The notes under the pieces were generated by a model, which was given only the letters and a program-made list of their open reading frames with translations, searched no databases and was not told where the DNA came from. Shown here piece after piece: positions 34,150 through 44,726 of a DNA stretch of 64,000 nt. Where the stretch lies: the NCBI GenBank assembly GCA_964459385.1, contig CAYWLG010000010.1:2365-66364 (forward strand), given 5' to 3'. Source of the DNA: an uncultured Anaerolinea sp. (lineage in GTDB: Bacteria; Chloroflexota; Anaerolineae; Anaerolineales; Anaerolineaceae). Every line of letters begins with the position of its first letter. Position 1 is the first letter of the stretch. The translations under genes and the position numbers were made by a program.

Positions 34150-35553
34150 ATGAAACGAAGAAATTTCTGGTGTGCGTTCTGTTTGATTATTATCAGCAGC
34201 ATGTTGCTCTCTGCTTGTGGAGAGAAATCAGGCACAAATTCTCCCGAGAATACTGCCGCATCGACTGCCGAAAAGACAAAAGTTGTTATTTTTGTTGGGT
34301 TTGGCACTGGAACTGATCCAGATCAGATCACCAAACAAGAGGTACTGCAAGAAGAATACAATTCCACGCACGACAAAATCGAAATTGAATTTCTAATCGT
34401 TCCGCATGATGAAGCAAATGATCGATATTTGGCCATGCTTTCAGGTGGGGATGCCCCCCAATTAGTTGGCCCTATGGGAATCGCTGCAATCGCACAACAA
34501 TATGATAGCTGGTCGGATGTTTCTCCGTTCATTGATGCCGAAAATTATGATATGAGCGATTTTTATCCTGAAGCTACCCAATTATTATCATCGTCAGATC
34601 GTTTCTTGGGCTTGCCGATAGGTGTTTTTCCATCAATGATTTTTTACAACAAAGATATGTTTGATGCAGCAGGAATTGCATATCCCACACACGATTATGC
34701 TGATAAAACTTGGACATATGATAAACTTCGTGAGATTGGTATCCAACTCACGAAAGATAAAAACGGGAATAGCCCCAATTCACCAGATTTTGATCCTACC
34801 AACATGGCTCAATGGGGATTTGATGATTCCTGGATCGTTGCCCGGGGTTACCTCGCTCAGTGGGGCGCCGATACTGTAGGTAGCCCAACTTCTGCAGATT
34901 ATAAGACCGCAACAGCCAACAACCCGCAGTGGGTCTATGGCTTGCAGTGGTTAAGTGATGGTATTTGGAAAGATCATTTCATTCCTGATGCTGCCGGACA
35001 ACAGGCCTATTATGCTGCCGGTGCTGACCCCTTTGGCAGCAACATGATCGCTATGTTTGAAAGCCATACATGGTTCTTCGCCGAAGGATTGAATGGTTTA
35101 CCTTTTGAATATGATATTGCTCCAATTCCATATAACCCAACTGGTACCCGAACCGCCCGCATTCATGCCAATTTATTTGCTATTCCTGAGGCCGCTGAGA
35201 ATAAAGAGGCCGCATGGGAAGTGATGAAATGGCTGACAGCCCCTGAACAGGCTGTTGAAGTTTGCATGATCTATGGTTGTATTCCAGCCCACAAATCAGT
35301 GGCAGATGAATTCCAGGTTGAACTTGAGAAAAGTTTCCCAGGGATGGACTACACAGTAATGTATGAAGCCATCAAATACCTAGACAACCCACATCATGAA
35401 TCATGGGTGCCTGAATGGTCACGTGTAGAAGAAATTATGAATAACGCTATTTCGCTTGTTTACTCTGGTGAAGAAAAAGATGCCAAGGTAGTTTTGGATG
35501 ATGCAAATCAACAAATACAAACACTATTAGACGAATATTGGACTACGCACTAG
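34150..35553 (+). CDS. ABC transporter extracellular sugar-binding lipoprotein (family 1 SBP)
   Basis: AAGGAGGAG RBS, lipobox MLLSAC, and the size and composition of CUT1 solute-binding proteins. Confidence 0.8.
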   Translation: MKRRNFWCAFCLIIISSMLLSACGEKSGTNSPENTAASTAEKTKVVIFVGFGTGTDPDQITKQEVLQEEYNSTHDKIEIEFLIVPHDEANDRYLAMLSGGDAPQLVGPMGIAAIAQQYDSWSDVSPFIDAENYDMSDFYPEATQLLSSSDRFLGLPIGVFPSMIFYNKDMFDAAGIAYPTHDYADKTWTYDKLREIGIQLTKDKNGNSPNSPDFDPTNMAQWGFDDSWIVARGYLAQWGADTVGSPTSADYKTATANNPQWVYGLQWLSDGIWKDHFIPDAAGQQAYYAAGADPFGSNMIAMFESHTWFFAEGLNGLPFEYDIAPIPYNPTGTRTARIHANLFAIPEAAENKEAAWEVMKWLTAPEQAVEVCMIYGCIPAHKSVADEFQVELEKSFPGMDYTVMYEAIKYLDNPHHESWVPEWSRVEEIMNNAISLVYSGEEKDAKVVLDDANQQIQTLLDEYWTTH

Positions 35554-35645
35554 TTTTACCATAACGAATTTGTCTAAAAATAGATACCAGTTGATAGATT
35601 CATCTTTATGAAGAGCGAAGTTATTTGTAAAGAAGAAAACAAATC

Positions 35646-35674
35646 CCAGGCAGGTGGTTCTACCACTTGCCTGG
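35646..35674 (+). promoter_or_regulatory. Intercistronic hairpin between the binding-protein and permease genes
   Basis: ccaggcaggtgg / ccacttgcctgg 12-bp stem (one G-U pair) with no T-run. Typical of mRNA-stabilising or attenuating structures after SBP genes. Confidence 0.5.
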
Positions 35675-35690
35675 AAGTAGGAGTTGTTGA

Positions 35691-36644
35691 ATGAATATAT
35701 TAAAACCAAAGACTTGGACATTAAGCCAACGTGAAGCCGCTGCTGCATATTTGTACACAACTCCGTGGATTATTGGCTTCATCCTTTTTACCGCAGGCCC
35801 GATGTTGATTTCACTTTATTATTCCTTTACTGATTTCAATATTGTTAGCCCACCTGTGTGGGTGAATTTTGATAATTATCTATTTTTGTTCAAAAATCCA
35901 ATATTTTGGCAATCAGTTAAGGTTACCCTTTACTACGCCTCATTAGCCTTACCCCTTGGAATAATTGTGGGCTTTTTGCTGGCAGTATTGCTAAATCAGG
36001 AGATTTGGGGTCAGAAAATTTGGCGAACGATTTATTTTTTGCCCTCAGTGATTGCGGGCGTTGCGGTAGCCCTTATGTGGGTTCGTTTGTTGAACCCGAA
36101 CATCGGTATGGTAAACGCATTCTTGCGTACCATTGGAATACAGGGGCCCGGTTGGCTTCAAGACCCTCAATGGTCCATTCCATCATTGGTGTTGATGAGC
36201 CTTTGGGGTGTAGGTGGCGGGATGATCATTTATCTGGCTGGATTGCAAGGAATTCCCACTGCACTTTACGAAGCGGCCAAGATAGATGGCGCTAACACGA
36301 TACAGCGCTTTATTCATATCACTATTCCAATGATGACCCCAATCATCTTTTACAACCTTATTCTTGGGTTGATAAATACCTTTCAATTGTTTACTGAGGT
36401 ATTTGTTGCTACAGGAGCTGGGGGTGCTGGGAACCTTGGCGGACCGGCGCGTTCTACCATGGTCTATAACTTGTATTTGTATTTGAATGCATTTCGTTAT
36501 TTTGACATGGGTATCGCTTCTGCAATGGCGTGGATATTGTTCTTATTCATTCTCGTAATTACCCTTTTGCTGTTTTGGTCTTCAAAGTACTGGGTCTATT
36601 ATGAGGGTCAACTCAGTAACAAAAAGGCAACCAAAGATGAATAA
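35691..36644 (+). CDS. ABC sugar transporter permease (MalF/CUT1-type)
   Basis: 6 TM helices and the EAA loop YEAAKIDGANTIQRFIHITIP. Confidence 0.9.
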   Translation: MNILKPKTWTLSQREAAAAYLYTTPWIIGFILFTAGPMLISLYYSFTDFNIVSPPVWVNFDNYLFLFKNPIFWQSVKVTLYYASLALPLGIIVGFLLAVLLNQEIWGQKIWRTIYFLPSVIAGVAVALMWVRLLNPNIGMVNAFLRTIGIQGPGWLQDPQWSIPSLVLMSLWGVGGGMIIYLAGLQGIPTALYEAAKIDGANTIQRFIHITIPMMTPIIFYNLILGLINTFQLFTEVFVATGAGGAGNLGGPARSTMVYNLYLYLNAFRYFDMGIASAMAWILFLFILVITLLLFWSSKYWVYYEGQLSNKKATKDE

Positions 36645-37716
36645 ACAAAAAAATATGAACCTATTGTTAACTTCTTTTTGGGGCAATCTTAAGTCTAGTG
36701 TGAAGGCACAAAATCTGTTCTTTAGAGGCCTTGCTACATTGACTTTAGCTGCCGGCGCAGTAATAATTTTGATCCCATTTTTGTATATGATTGGAACATC
36801 CCTAAAAGATGTGAATCAAATTCGTCAGGATCCATTAAGTTTGCTTCCCTTTTCGCCTGTTTTGGTAGAGATCAATGGGAAGCAGGAACCGCTATACAAA
36901 GTCGAACTAAACAACGAAATTGTCGAATTTGCACTGATAAAAAAGCAGCCTGGAAGCATGGGCATTTTTGTTGATCCTGCTGATCCATCAGTTGAATACC
37001 TGCTTAAATTGGATGAAAATAACGCAGTTCGTCGCTTAGAGTTTCATTTTGAAAACTACAAAGATGCCTTAACAAAAGTTCCGTTTGGCAGGTACTTGCT
37101 AAATACGCTCATCGTTACATTTCTAGGTATGTTGGGAATGTTGTTCTCGTGTTCATTGGTCGCTTTTGGGCTGTCACGCTTTCGAGCCAAGTGGACAAAC
37201 GTTTTGTTCTTGGTTTTGCTCTCAACGATCATGCTACCGAGGCAAATTACCTTGATTCCGATGTATGTGATTTTCCAAAGGTTAAACTGGGTAGATACAC
37301 TGTTGCCCCTCATTGTTCCACAGTTTTTTGCCAATGCCTACAATGTGTTTTTGCTTCGGCAATTCTTTATGTCAATTCCAGTCGAGATGGATGAGGCAGC
37401 GAAGATAGACGGCGCAAATTCGCTTCAAACACTGTGGTACATAATTCTGCCGCAATCACGCCTAGCATTAATTACAATTTCGATTTTTCATTTCCTTTAC
37501 GCCTGGAATGATTTCTATGAACCACTCATTTTCTTGCACAGCCGCACGAATTGGACTATGGCTGTTGGGTTGCAAACCTTTAATGCAATGTATTCCATCA
37601 ACACTCATTTGATCATGGCTGTATCGTTAATGATGGTCTTACCCCCCATTGTTTTATTCTTTGTCGGTCAAAAATATTTCACTCAGGGGATTGTTGTGAG
37701 TGGTGTGAAGGGATAA
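36637..37716 (+). CDS. ABC sugar transporter permease (MalG/CUT1-type) with an enlarged first extracytoplasmic loop
   Basis: EAA loop DEAAKIDGANSLQTLWYIILP. ATG 36637 overlaps the upstream stop by 8 nt; the alternative start is 36601. Confidence 0.85.
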   Translation: MNKQKNMNLLLTSFWGNLKSSVKAQNLFFRGLATLTLAAGAVIILIPFLYMIGTSLKDVNQIRQDPLSLLPFSPVLVEINGKQEPLYKVELNNEIVEFALIKKQPGSMGIFVDPADPSVEYLLKLDENNAVRRLEFHFENYKDALTKVPFGRYLLNTLIVTFLGMLGMLFSCSLVAFGLSRFRAKWTNVLFLVLLSTIMLPRQITLIPMYVIFQRLNWVDTLLPLIVPQFFANAYNVFLLRQFFMSIPVEMDEAAKIDGANSLQTLWYIILPQSRLALITISIFHFLYAWNDFYEPLIFLHSRTNWTMAVGLQTFNAMYSINTHLIMAVSLMMVLPPIVLFFVGQKYFTQGIVVSGVKG

Positions 37717-37881
37717 TGCAAAGGGAAAAGAGGATGGTGGTATAAGGGTTAGCTAATGACTATAGGTATGATCTGCCAATTGAATTTAAGATTGAATGTT
37801 ATTCTCACGCTGCAATCCTTTGAATAGCAGATTACATGCCATTGTGCTGAATCAGTGAGTGGGTGACTCCCCATTCCCCTC

Positions 37882-37920
37882 AAAGGCAGGTGGAATAATC
37901 CCCCGTCTGCCTTTTTATTT
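37882..37920 (+). terminator. Terminator at the distal end of the AT-rich sugar operon
   Basis: aaaggcag / ctgccttt stem followed by tttattt. Confidence 0.55.
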
Positions 37921-37989
37921 TAACAATTTATGAGCGATGTGCTCGTTTTTGAGAAAAATCCAACTAACCGGTCTCGTCTTGCTTCTTCT

Positions 37990-39210
37990 TCAATCCATCT
38001 TCCTGATGGCCGGATGCAGCAGTGCCAGCAGGGAGAGTACCGCCACCACAATGCCGGCCACGATGAACACGTAACTGGCACCCAGCTTATCGGTGGCCCA
38101 GCCGGCCAGTGCGTAGCCGATGGGCATGAGCGTATAAGAGCCCAGAAAATCGATGCTCGAAACGCGCCCCAGCAATTCAGAGGGTACAAGTTCTTGCAAA
38201 GAACTGGTCCAGATGAGACCAAAGCTGGCACCGGCGGCGCCCAACAGGGCAGCCCCGGCTAACGAAATCCACAGGTTCTTTTGAACGCCCAACAGCAAGA
38301 TGGAGGCACCGATCATGAACCATGAAGCATAGGCGATGTAACCGCGCTTGTGCATCTTGGGGGCGTTGCCCATGATGAGCGCGCAGATGACGGCACCCAC
38401 GGAGAGGGCTGAGTAAACAAAGCCCAGGGTTTTCACGTCCATCTTCCAGACATCGCTCACCAAAAAGGGCAGGCTGGTGCTGAAGGCGCCGCCTTCGACC
38501 ATGTTGGCCAGGGCTGCCACCGAGATCGTCACCCACAGCCAGGGAGAGGCGGCCACGGCCTTGAAGCCGGTCATCAGATCGCCCAACATGTTGGCATTCT
38601 CGGCCTTTTTGGGCTCTGCAACCGTGCGTACGAGGCGGTCGTGTTTGAGCAGAGGCAGCAGTGCCAGCGCTGAGAGAAAAAATGAGGCGGAATCCAGCGC
38701 AAAGGTCAATGGGGTACCGCCGGTGGCTACCAGCAGCGCGCCCAGTGAAGGGCCGACGATGCCGGTGATCTCGCGGCTCAGCGTGGTCAGCGAGTTAGCG
38801 CCGGCAAGCGCATCGGCCTGGATGATCTCAGGGAAGACGGCAATATAGGCTGGTTCAAAGAATGAGCTGACGATGCCGAACACGGCGCTGATGATGAAGA
38901 TATGCCAGATCTCCAGCAGGTTGAGCGCGGCCAGAATGGCGACGCCGCCCACCAGCAGCCCGCGCAGCAGGTCTGAGGTGAACATCACCGCTGAACGGGG
39001 CAGCCGGTCCACCAGCACGCCACCAAAGAGCATGAAGAGCAGCATGGGCACCATCGAAACGATATTGACGGTGCCCATTGCGAGCGCCGAGCCGGTCTTT
39101 TCGAGCACCCACCAGGAGAGGGCGATACGGTAAAGGCTGTCACCCAAACGTGAAATGGTCTGGCCAGACCAAAGAAAGGCGAAAGGTCGATTGTTCAGCG
39201 CACGCAGCAT
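37990..39210 (-). CDS. MFS transporter (enterobactin-exporter/DHA3-like)
   Basis: 12 TM helices. I start it at ATG 39210 (MLRALNNRPFAFLWSGQTISRLGD); the longer TTG-initiated track ORF runs into a terminator hairpin. Confidence 0.75.
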   Translation of the reverse strand: MLRALNNRPFAFLWSGQTISRLGDSLYRIALSWWVLEKTGSALAMGTVNIVSMVPMLLFMLFGGVLVDRLPRSAVMFTSDLLRGLLVGGVAILAALNLLEIWHIFIISAVFGIVSSFFEPAYIAVFPEIIQADALAGANSLTTLSREITGIVGPSLGALLVATGGTPLTFALDSASFFLSALALLPLLKHDRLVRTVAEPKKAENANMLGDLMTGFKAVAASPWLWVTISVAALANMVEGGAFSTSLPFLVSDVWKMDVKTLGFVYSALSVGAVICALIMGNAPKMHKRGYIAYASWFMIGASILLLGVQKNLWISLAGAALLGAAGASFGLIWTSSLQELVPSELLGRVSSIDFLGSYTLMPIGYALAGWATDKLGASYVFIVAGIVVAVLSLLALLHPAIRKMD

Positions 39211-39271
39211 GGTGTTGAATCCTAATTTTTGAAGTCGTGTGGCGAATTCCAGCCCTTGAGTAGTATATAAC

Positions 39272-39300
39272 AAAAACCGCGCCCGAAGGCGCGGCCTTTT
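39272..39300 (-). terminator. Terminator of the small zinc-ribbon gene
   Basis: ccgcgcc (39277-39283) / ggcgcgg (39288-39294) with loop cgaa. T-runs are present on both strands. Confidence 0.75.
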
Positions 39301-39312
39301 TACATCTTTTGC

Positions 39313-39459
39313 TTATTTGCCGAGAATTTTGTACATCCCGGTTCCGCAAACGGAGCATTTGCCTTTGAGGGCTTTGCGGCCGTTTTTCATGGTCACTTCT
39401 TCGGTTTTGACCATTTCGGTCTTCTTCTTACACTTCATGCAATATGCTACTTCAGCCAT
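39313..39459 (-). CDS. Small zinc-ribbon protein (48 aa, DUF5679-like); absent from the ORF track
   Basis: MAEVAYCMKCKKKTEMVKTEEVTMKNGRKALKGKCSVCGTGMYKILGK with two CxxC pairs. Strong AGGAGG RBS 6 nt upstream, its own terminator and a plausible TATAAT (39515-39520). Confidence 0.75.
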   Translation of the reverse strand: MAEVAYCMKCKKKTEMVKTEEVTMKNGRKALKGKCSVCGTGMYKILGK

Positions 39460-39578
39460 TCAATCCTCCTATTGTGTGAAAACGGAACATCAGAAACAAC
39501 TTCTGACAATTGCGATTATAGCATAGCAAAAACCCAGTTTAACCCACGAGTTTTATCAGATTTGAATCAGGAAATTTG

Positions 39579-40229
39579 CTAGATTTTTGTCTCTCGGATG
39601 TCCAACACCTGTTCGACTACCGGCTTCATGGCATCGCGCAGGTCTTCCAATTTGACGCCCTGCACTTTGAGGGTAAGAATGCGGGTTTCGGCACGTGAGC
39701 CCAGAATGGCTGCCACGCCAAGCAGATCGCCGCCCAGTTTGTGAATGATGCCGGCCAGTTCATAGAGCTTGCCGCGCTTATCGATGACCTCCACTGTGAG
39801 GCGCACGCCCGGGGTGCGGCTGCCCATCATCTCGAGCAGAATGTGGAAGAGATCGGTTTCGGTGATCATTCCCACCAGGCTGCTGCCGCGCATGATCGGC
39901 AGGCTGCTGATCTCATTATCAGAAAGAATTCTGGCGGCTTCTTCGATGGGGGTATCTTCGGTGGCGGTGATGACTTTGCTCGACATTACGCGTTCCACCG
40001 TGATCTTGCTCAACAGGTAATTGATCTCCCACACGCTCAAGGTGGTGGCTTCAGAAGGTTTGGCATTAAGAAGATCACCCTCGGTGACGATGCCAATCAA
40101 CTTTCCGTGTTTATCCAGAACCGGATAGCGACGCACTTTATCTTTGTGCATCTGGGCAAGCGCATCCTGCACCGGTACGTCTGGGGCAATTGTAAGAACT
40201 GGGCTGGTCATTCTTTCTTTCACTAACAT
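39579..40229 (-). CDS. CBS-pair plus ACT domain protein (AcuB-like)
   Basis: Two CBS motifs (VRRYPVLDKHGKLIGIVTEGDLL; ISSLPIMRGSSLVGMITETDLF) followed by an ACT-like C-terminus (RLTVEVIDKRGKLYELAGIIHKLGGDL). Confidence 0.8.
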   Translation of the reverse strand: MLVKERMTSPVLTIAPDVPVQDALAQMHKDKVRRYPVLDKHGKLIGIVTEGDLLNAKPSEATTLSVWEINYLLSKITVERVMSSKVITATEDTPIEEAARILSDNEISSLPIMRGSSLVGMITETDLFHILLEMMGSRTPGVRLTVEVIDKRGKLYELAGIIHKLGGDLLGVAAILGSRAETRILTLKVQGVKLEDLRDAMKPVVEQVLDIRETKI

Positions 40230-40384
40230 GGCGTATGTCTCCTTTCAAGAGCACGTCAGCATTGAGTTTTCTAGGCAATTTAATTGTAGCCAAATTTCAT
40301 TAATTATGTATAGGATTTTTACCGACTTGATTTTCAGGGCAATATGGTCTTTAATACGATTGGATTACGATAAGGAGATAAATC

Positions 40385-42313
<1,929 letters not shown>

Positions 42314-42318
42314 TCTGC

Positions 42319-42358
42319 TCACCCCCGCTGATTATTCAGAGCGGGGGTGATATATTTA
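42319..42358 (+). terminator. Terminator of fhs
   Basis: tcacccccgct / agcgggggtga 11-bp stem followed by tatattt (weak T-run). Confidence 0.6.
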
Positions 42359-42375
42359 ATGAACTTTCAATCATT

Positions 42376-43857
42376 TTGTTCAGGATGCCCGCTTTGGTAA
42401 AGAATCCGATCAAAAACCCTGTACTCCTCTTCTTGACCCGTTTCATTGGCCCGCTGGCATTGGCGGGGCTCATGACGCTGATCCTGCGCTTTTTTGAACC
42501 ACTCCTGGCCGTGCAGTATGTTGCCTTACTGTTTCTGCTGCCGGTGATGATCAGCGCAGCGCTTTTGGGACTCACCCCGGGCATTCTGGCCGGCATCGCC
42601 GCATTTTTGCTCTTCAATTATTACTTCATTCAGCCTTATAACACCCTGCTGGTGCATCAATCGCAGGATCTGATCACGCTGACCATATTTTTGATCGTGG
42701 CAGTGGTCATCAGCCTGCTTTTTGAACAGACCAAGCGCAGCCTTAACCTGGCCCGTGCCCGCGAATGGGAAGCCACCCGCATGTACGAATTGATCGCGGC
42801 TTTGGCTGGACTGACTGAGGTGGAGGCGGTCGCAAAAACGCTGGCTGAACAACTGCTCACTACTTTTCGTTTTGACCATGTGCGCGTGGTGGTCAAGGGA
42901 AAAACAGGGGAACAACCCATCTTCTTCGACCTCCCCCCAGGAACTGCTCAGACGGAAGCCCCTGATGTCTGCGTTTCGATGATGACACACCGCAACATCG
43001 AAGGGGAGATCCGCATTTGGAATCAAAACAAAGGCATGATCGAACAGGAAAGCCGTTTGCTCGAGGCCTTTTGCAATCAGGGAGCGCTGGCGATCGAGCG
43101 GATGCACTTCAGCGAAGGTGAGAACAAGATACGCGTGCTGGAAGAAAGCGATCGCATTAAGACCTCGCTGCTGAATTCGGTTTCCCATGAACTGCGCTCC
43201 CCGCTGGCGGCCATCAAGGCGTCGGTGTCCAGTTTGCGCAGCGGCGCCGTTCCCTGGCAGAGCGAAGCGCGCGCTGAACTGCTGACTACCGTGGAAGAGG
43301 AGACCGATAACCTCAATCTGCTGGTGGGCAATTTGCTCGATATGTCGCGCATCGAATCGGGCGCTTTGAAACCTCTGGAGCGCTGGAATTCGATTGCCGA
43401 GATCGCCTCAGGGGTGGTGGCAAAAATGCGCTCCAAGGTGCAGGATCACAATCTTAAATTTGATTTTCCGGCCGACCTGCCCCTGGTGCCGACCGATTAC
43501 GTGATGATCGAGCAGGTTTTCAGCAACCTCATCAGCAACAGCGTCAAATATGCGCCACCGGGCACGCAGGTGCTGCTTTGGGCACGCGCAGAGACTGAGG
43601 TGATGCGAGTGCAGGTGGAAAACGAAAGCGTTCATGTAAAAAGCGAAGACCTGGAGCACATTTTTGAAAAGTTTTACCGTGTTACCGAAGCGGATAAAGT
43701 GATCGGCACCGGACTGGGCCTTTCGATCTGTAAGGGTATTATTGAAGCACATGGTGGTAAGATTTGGGCAGAGAACTTGCCTGCCGGGTTCCGCTTTGTA
43801 TTTACGCTGCCGCTCACGCTGGACGGCAGCCATCCCAGCATGCCAGAGGATGAATAG
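42376..43857 (+). CDS. kdpD: KdpD-like sensor histidine kinase lacking the N-terminal KdpD/Usp sensor module
   Basis: Begins directly with the four-helix DUF4118-type membrane domain, then a GAF-like linker, HisKA (SVSHELRSPLAAI) and HATPase (GTGLGLSICKGIIEAHGG). Confidence 0.75.
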   Translation: MFRMPALVKNPIKNPVLLFLTRFIGPLALAGLMTLILRFFEPLLAVQYVALLFLLPVMISAALLGLTPGILAGIAAFLLFNYYFIQPYNTLLVHQSQDLITLTIFLIVAVVISLLFEQTKRSLNLARAREWEATRMYELIAALAGLTEVEAVAKTLAEQLLTTFRFDHVRVVVKGKTGEQPIFFDLPPGTAQTEAPDVCVSMMTHRNIEGEIRIWNQNKGMIEQESRLLEAFCNQGALAIERMHFSEGENKIRVLEESDRIKTSLLNSVSHELRSPLAAIKASVSSLRSGAVPWQSEARAELLTTVEEETDNLNLLVGNLLDMSRIESGALKPLERWNSIAEIASGVVAKMRSKVQDHNLKFDFPADLPLVPTDYVMIEQVFSNLISNSVKYAPPGTQVLLWARAETEVMRVQVENESVHVKSEDLEHIFEKFYRVTEADKVIGTGLGLSICKGIIEAHGGKIWAENLPAGFRFVFTLPLTLDGSHPSMPEDE

Positions 43858-43862
43858 CGATC

Positions 43863-44558
43863 ATGGAAACCGACCCGTTGATCTTGATTATTGACGACGA
43901 GCCGCAAATTTTGCGGGCCTTGCGAACCATATTGCTGGCCAATCACTTCAGGGTGCAGTCAGCCGTGAATGGCGAGCAGGGCCTTGCGCTGGCTGCGGCA
44001 CAGGAGCCAGATATCATTATTCTTGACCTGACCTTGCCCGACATGGACGGCACGCAGGTGTGCGAACAGATCCGTGCCTGGTCGGAAGTGCCCATCATCG
44101 TGCTTTCGGTGCGCGACAGTGAGAAAGACAAGGTTTCTGCATTGGATAAGGGGGCCGATGATTATCTGACCAAGCCTTTTGGCATTGAAGAATTGATGGC
44201 GCGCATTCGTGTGGCCCTGCGTCACGCTCAGAACTCGCCGGGCAACAAAGAAACCGTGCTCAAAGTGGGCAGTCTGATGATCGATCTGGCGCGCCATATT
44301 GTCACCAAAGAGGGGGCAGAAGTTAAGCTGACCGCCACAGAATTTAAACTGCTCACCTACCTGGCGGCACATCCCGACCGCGTGCTGACCCATCAAGCCA
44401 TCCTCAATCATGTGTGGGGCACGGTCGAAGCCGACCACCTGGAATATTTGCGCGTTTACATCGGGCAACTGCGCAAAAAGATCGAGGCCAACCCCGAAAA
44501 CCCGCAGCTTCTCATCACCGATTCGGGGGTGGGTTACCGCTTTAGATCGGGGGAATGA
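43863..44558 (+). CDS. kdpE: OmpR-family response regulator, KdpE-like
   Basis: ILIIDDEPQI...PDIIILDLTLPDMDG...WSEVPIIVLSVRDSEKDKVSALDKGADDYLTKPFGIEEL closely follows the KdpE receiver pattern. Winged-helix C-terminus (GVGYRF). Confidence 0.8.
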   Translation: METDPLILIIDDEPQILRALRTILLANHFRVQSAVNGEQGLALAAAQEPDIIILDLTLPDMDGTQVCEQIRAWSEVPIIVLSVRDSEKDKVSALDKGADDYLTKPFGIEELMARIRVALRHAQNSPGNKETVLKVGSLMIDLARHIVTKEGAEVKLTATEFKLLTYLAAHPDRVLTHQAILNHVWGTVEADHLEYLRVYIGQLRKKIEANPENPQLLITDSGVGYRFRSGE

Positions 44559-44619
44559 TCTTTATTTTTTCTTTATAATTTTGCCGCTCTCCCTTATTAC
44601 CGTTTAACCTGTTTTCGTT

Positions 44620-44660
44620 ACACTCTACCTGTTAATCTGGAGAGTGTTCGTTTTTATTTT
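44620..44660 (+). terminator. Terminator after kdpE
   Basis: acactct (44620-44626) / agagtgt (44641-44647) followed by tcgtttttatttt. Confidence 0.6.
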
Positions 44661-44726
44661 CTGAGGTCGCTTATTCTGTTTGCTGTCCCTCTCCACGGCG
44701 AATCAAGCTGGACCGAATTAGATGGA

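Noticed and set aside
37720-37990. Third copy of the tRNA-Leu 3' fragment marking the distal island border
   Set aside because: Reading both strands by eye found no match longer than a few nucleotides to the 47-mer. The border is therefore defined only by the composition shift and a terminator.
39317-39526. 69-aa plus-strand ORF in the track
   Set aside because: It is the antisense shadow of the 48-aa zinc-ribbon gene, which has the RBS, promoter and terminator on the minus strand.
44661-44726. c-di-AMP (ydaO/kimA-type) riboswitch upstream of the KimA-like gene
   Set aside because: Only 66 nt separate the kdpE terminator from the start codon. That is too short for the >100-nt pseudo-symmetric riboswitch, and no conserved ACGGGGA-type elements are visible.
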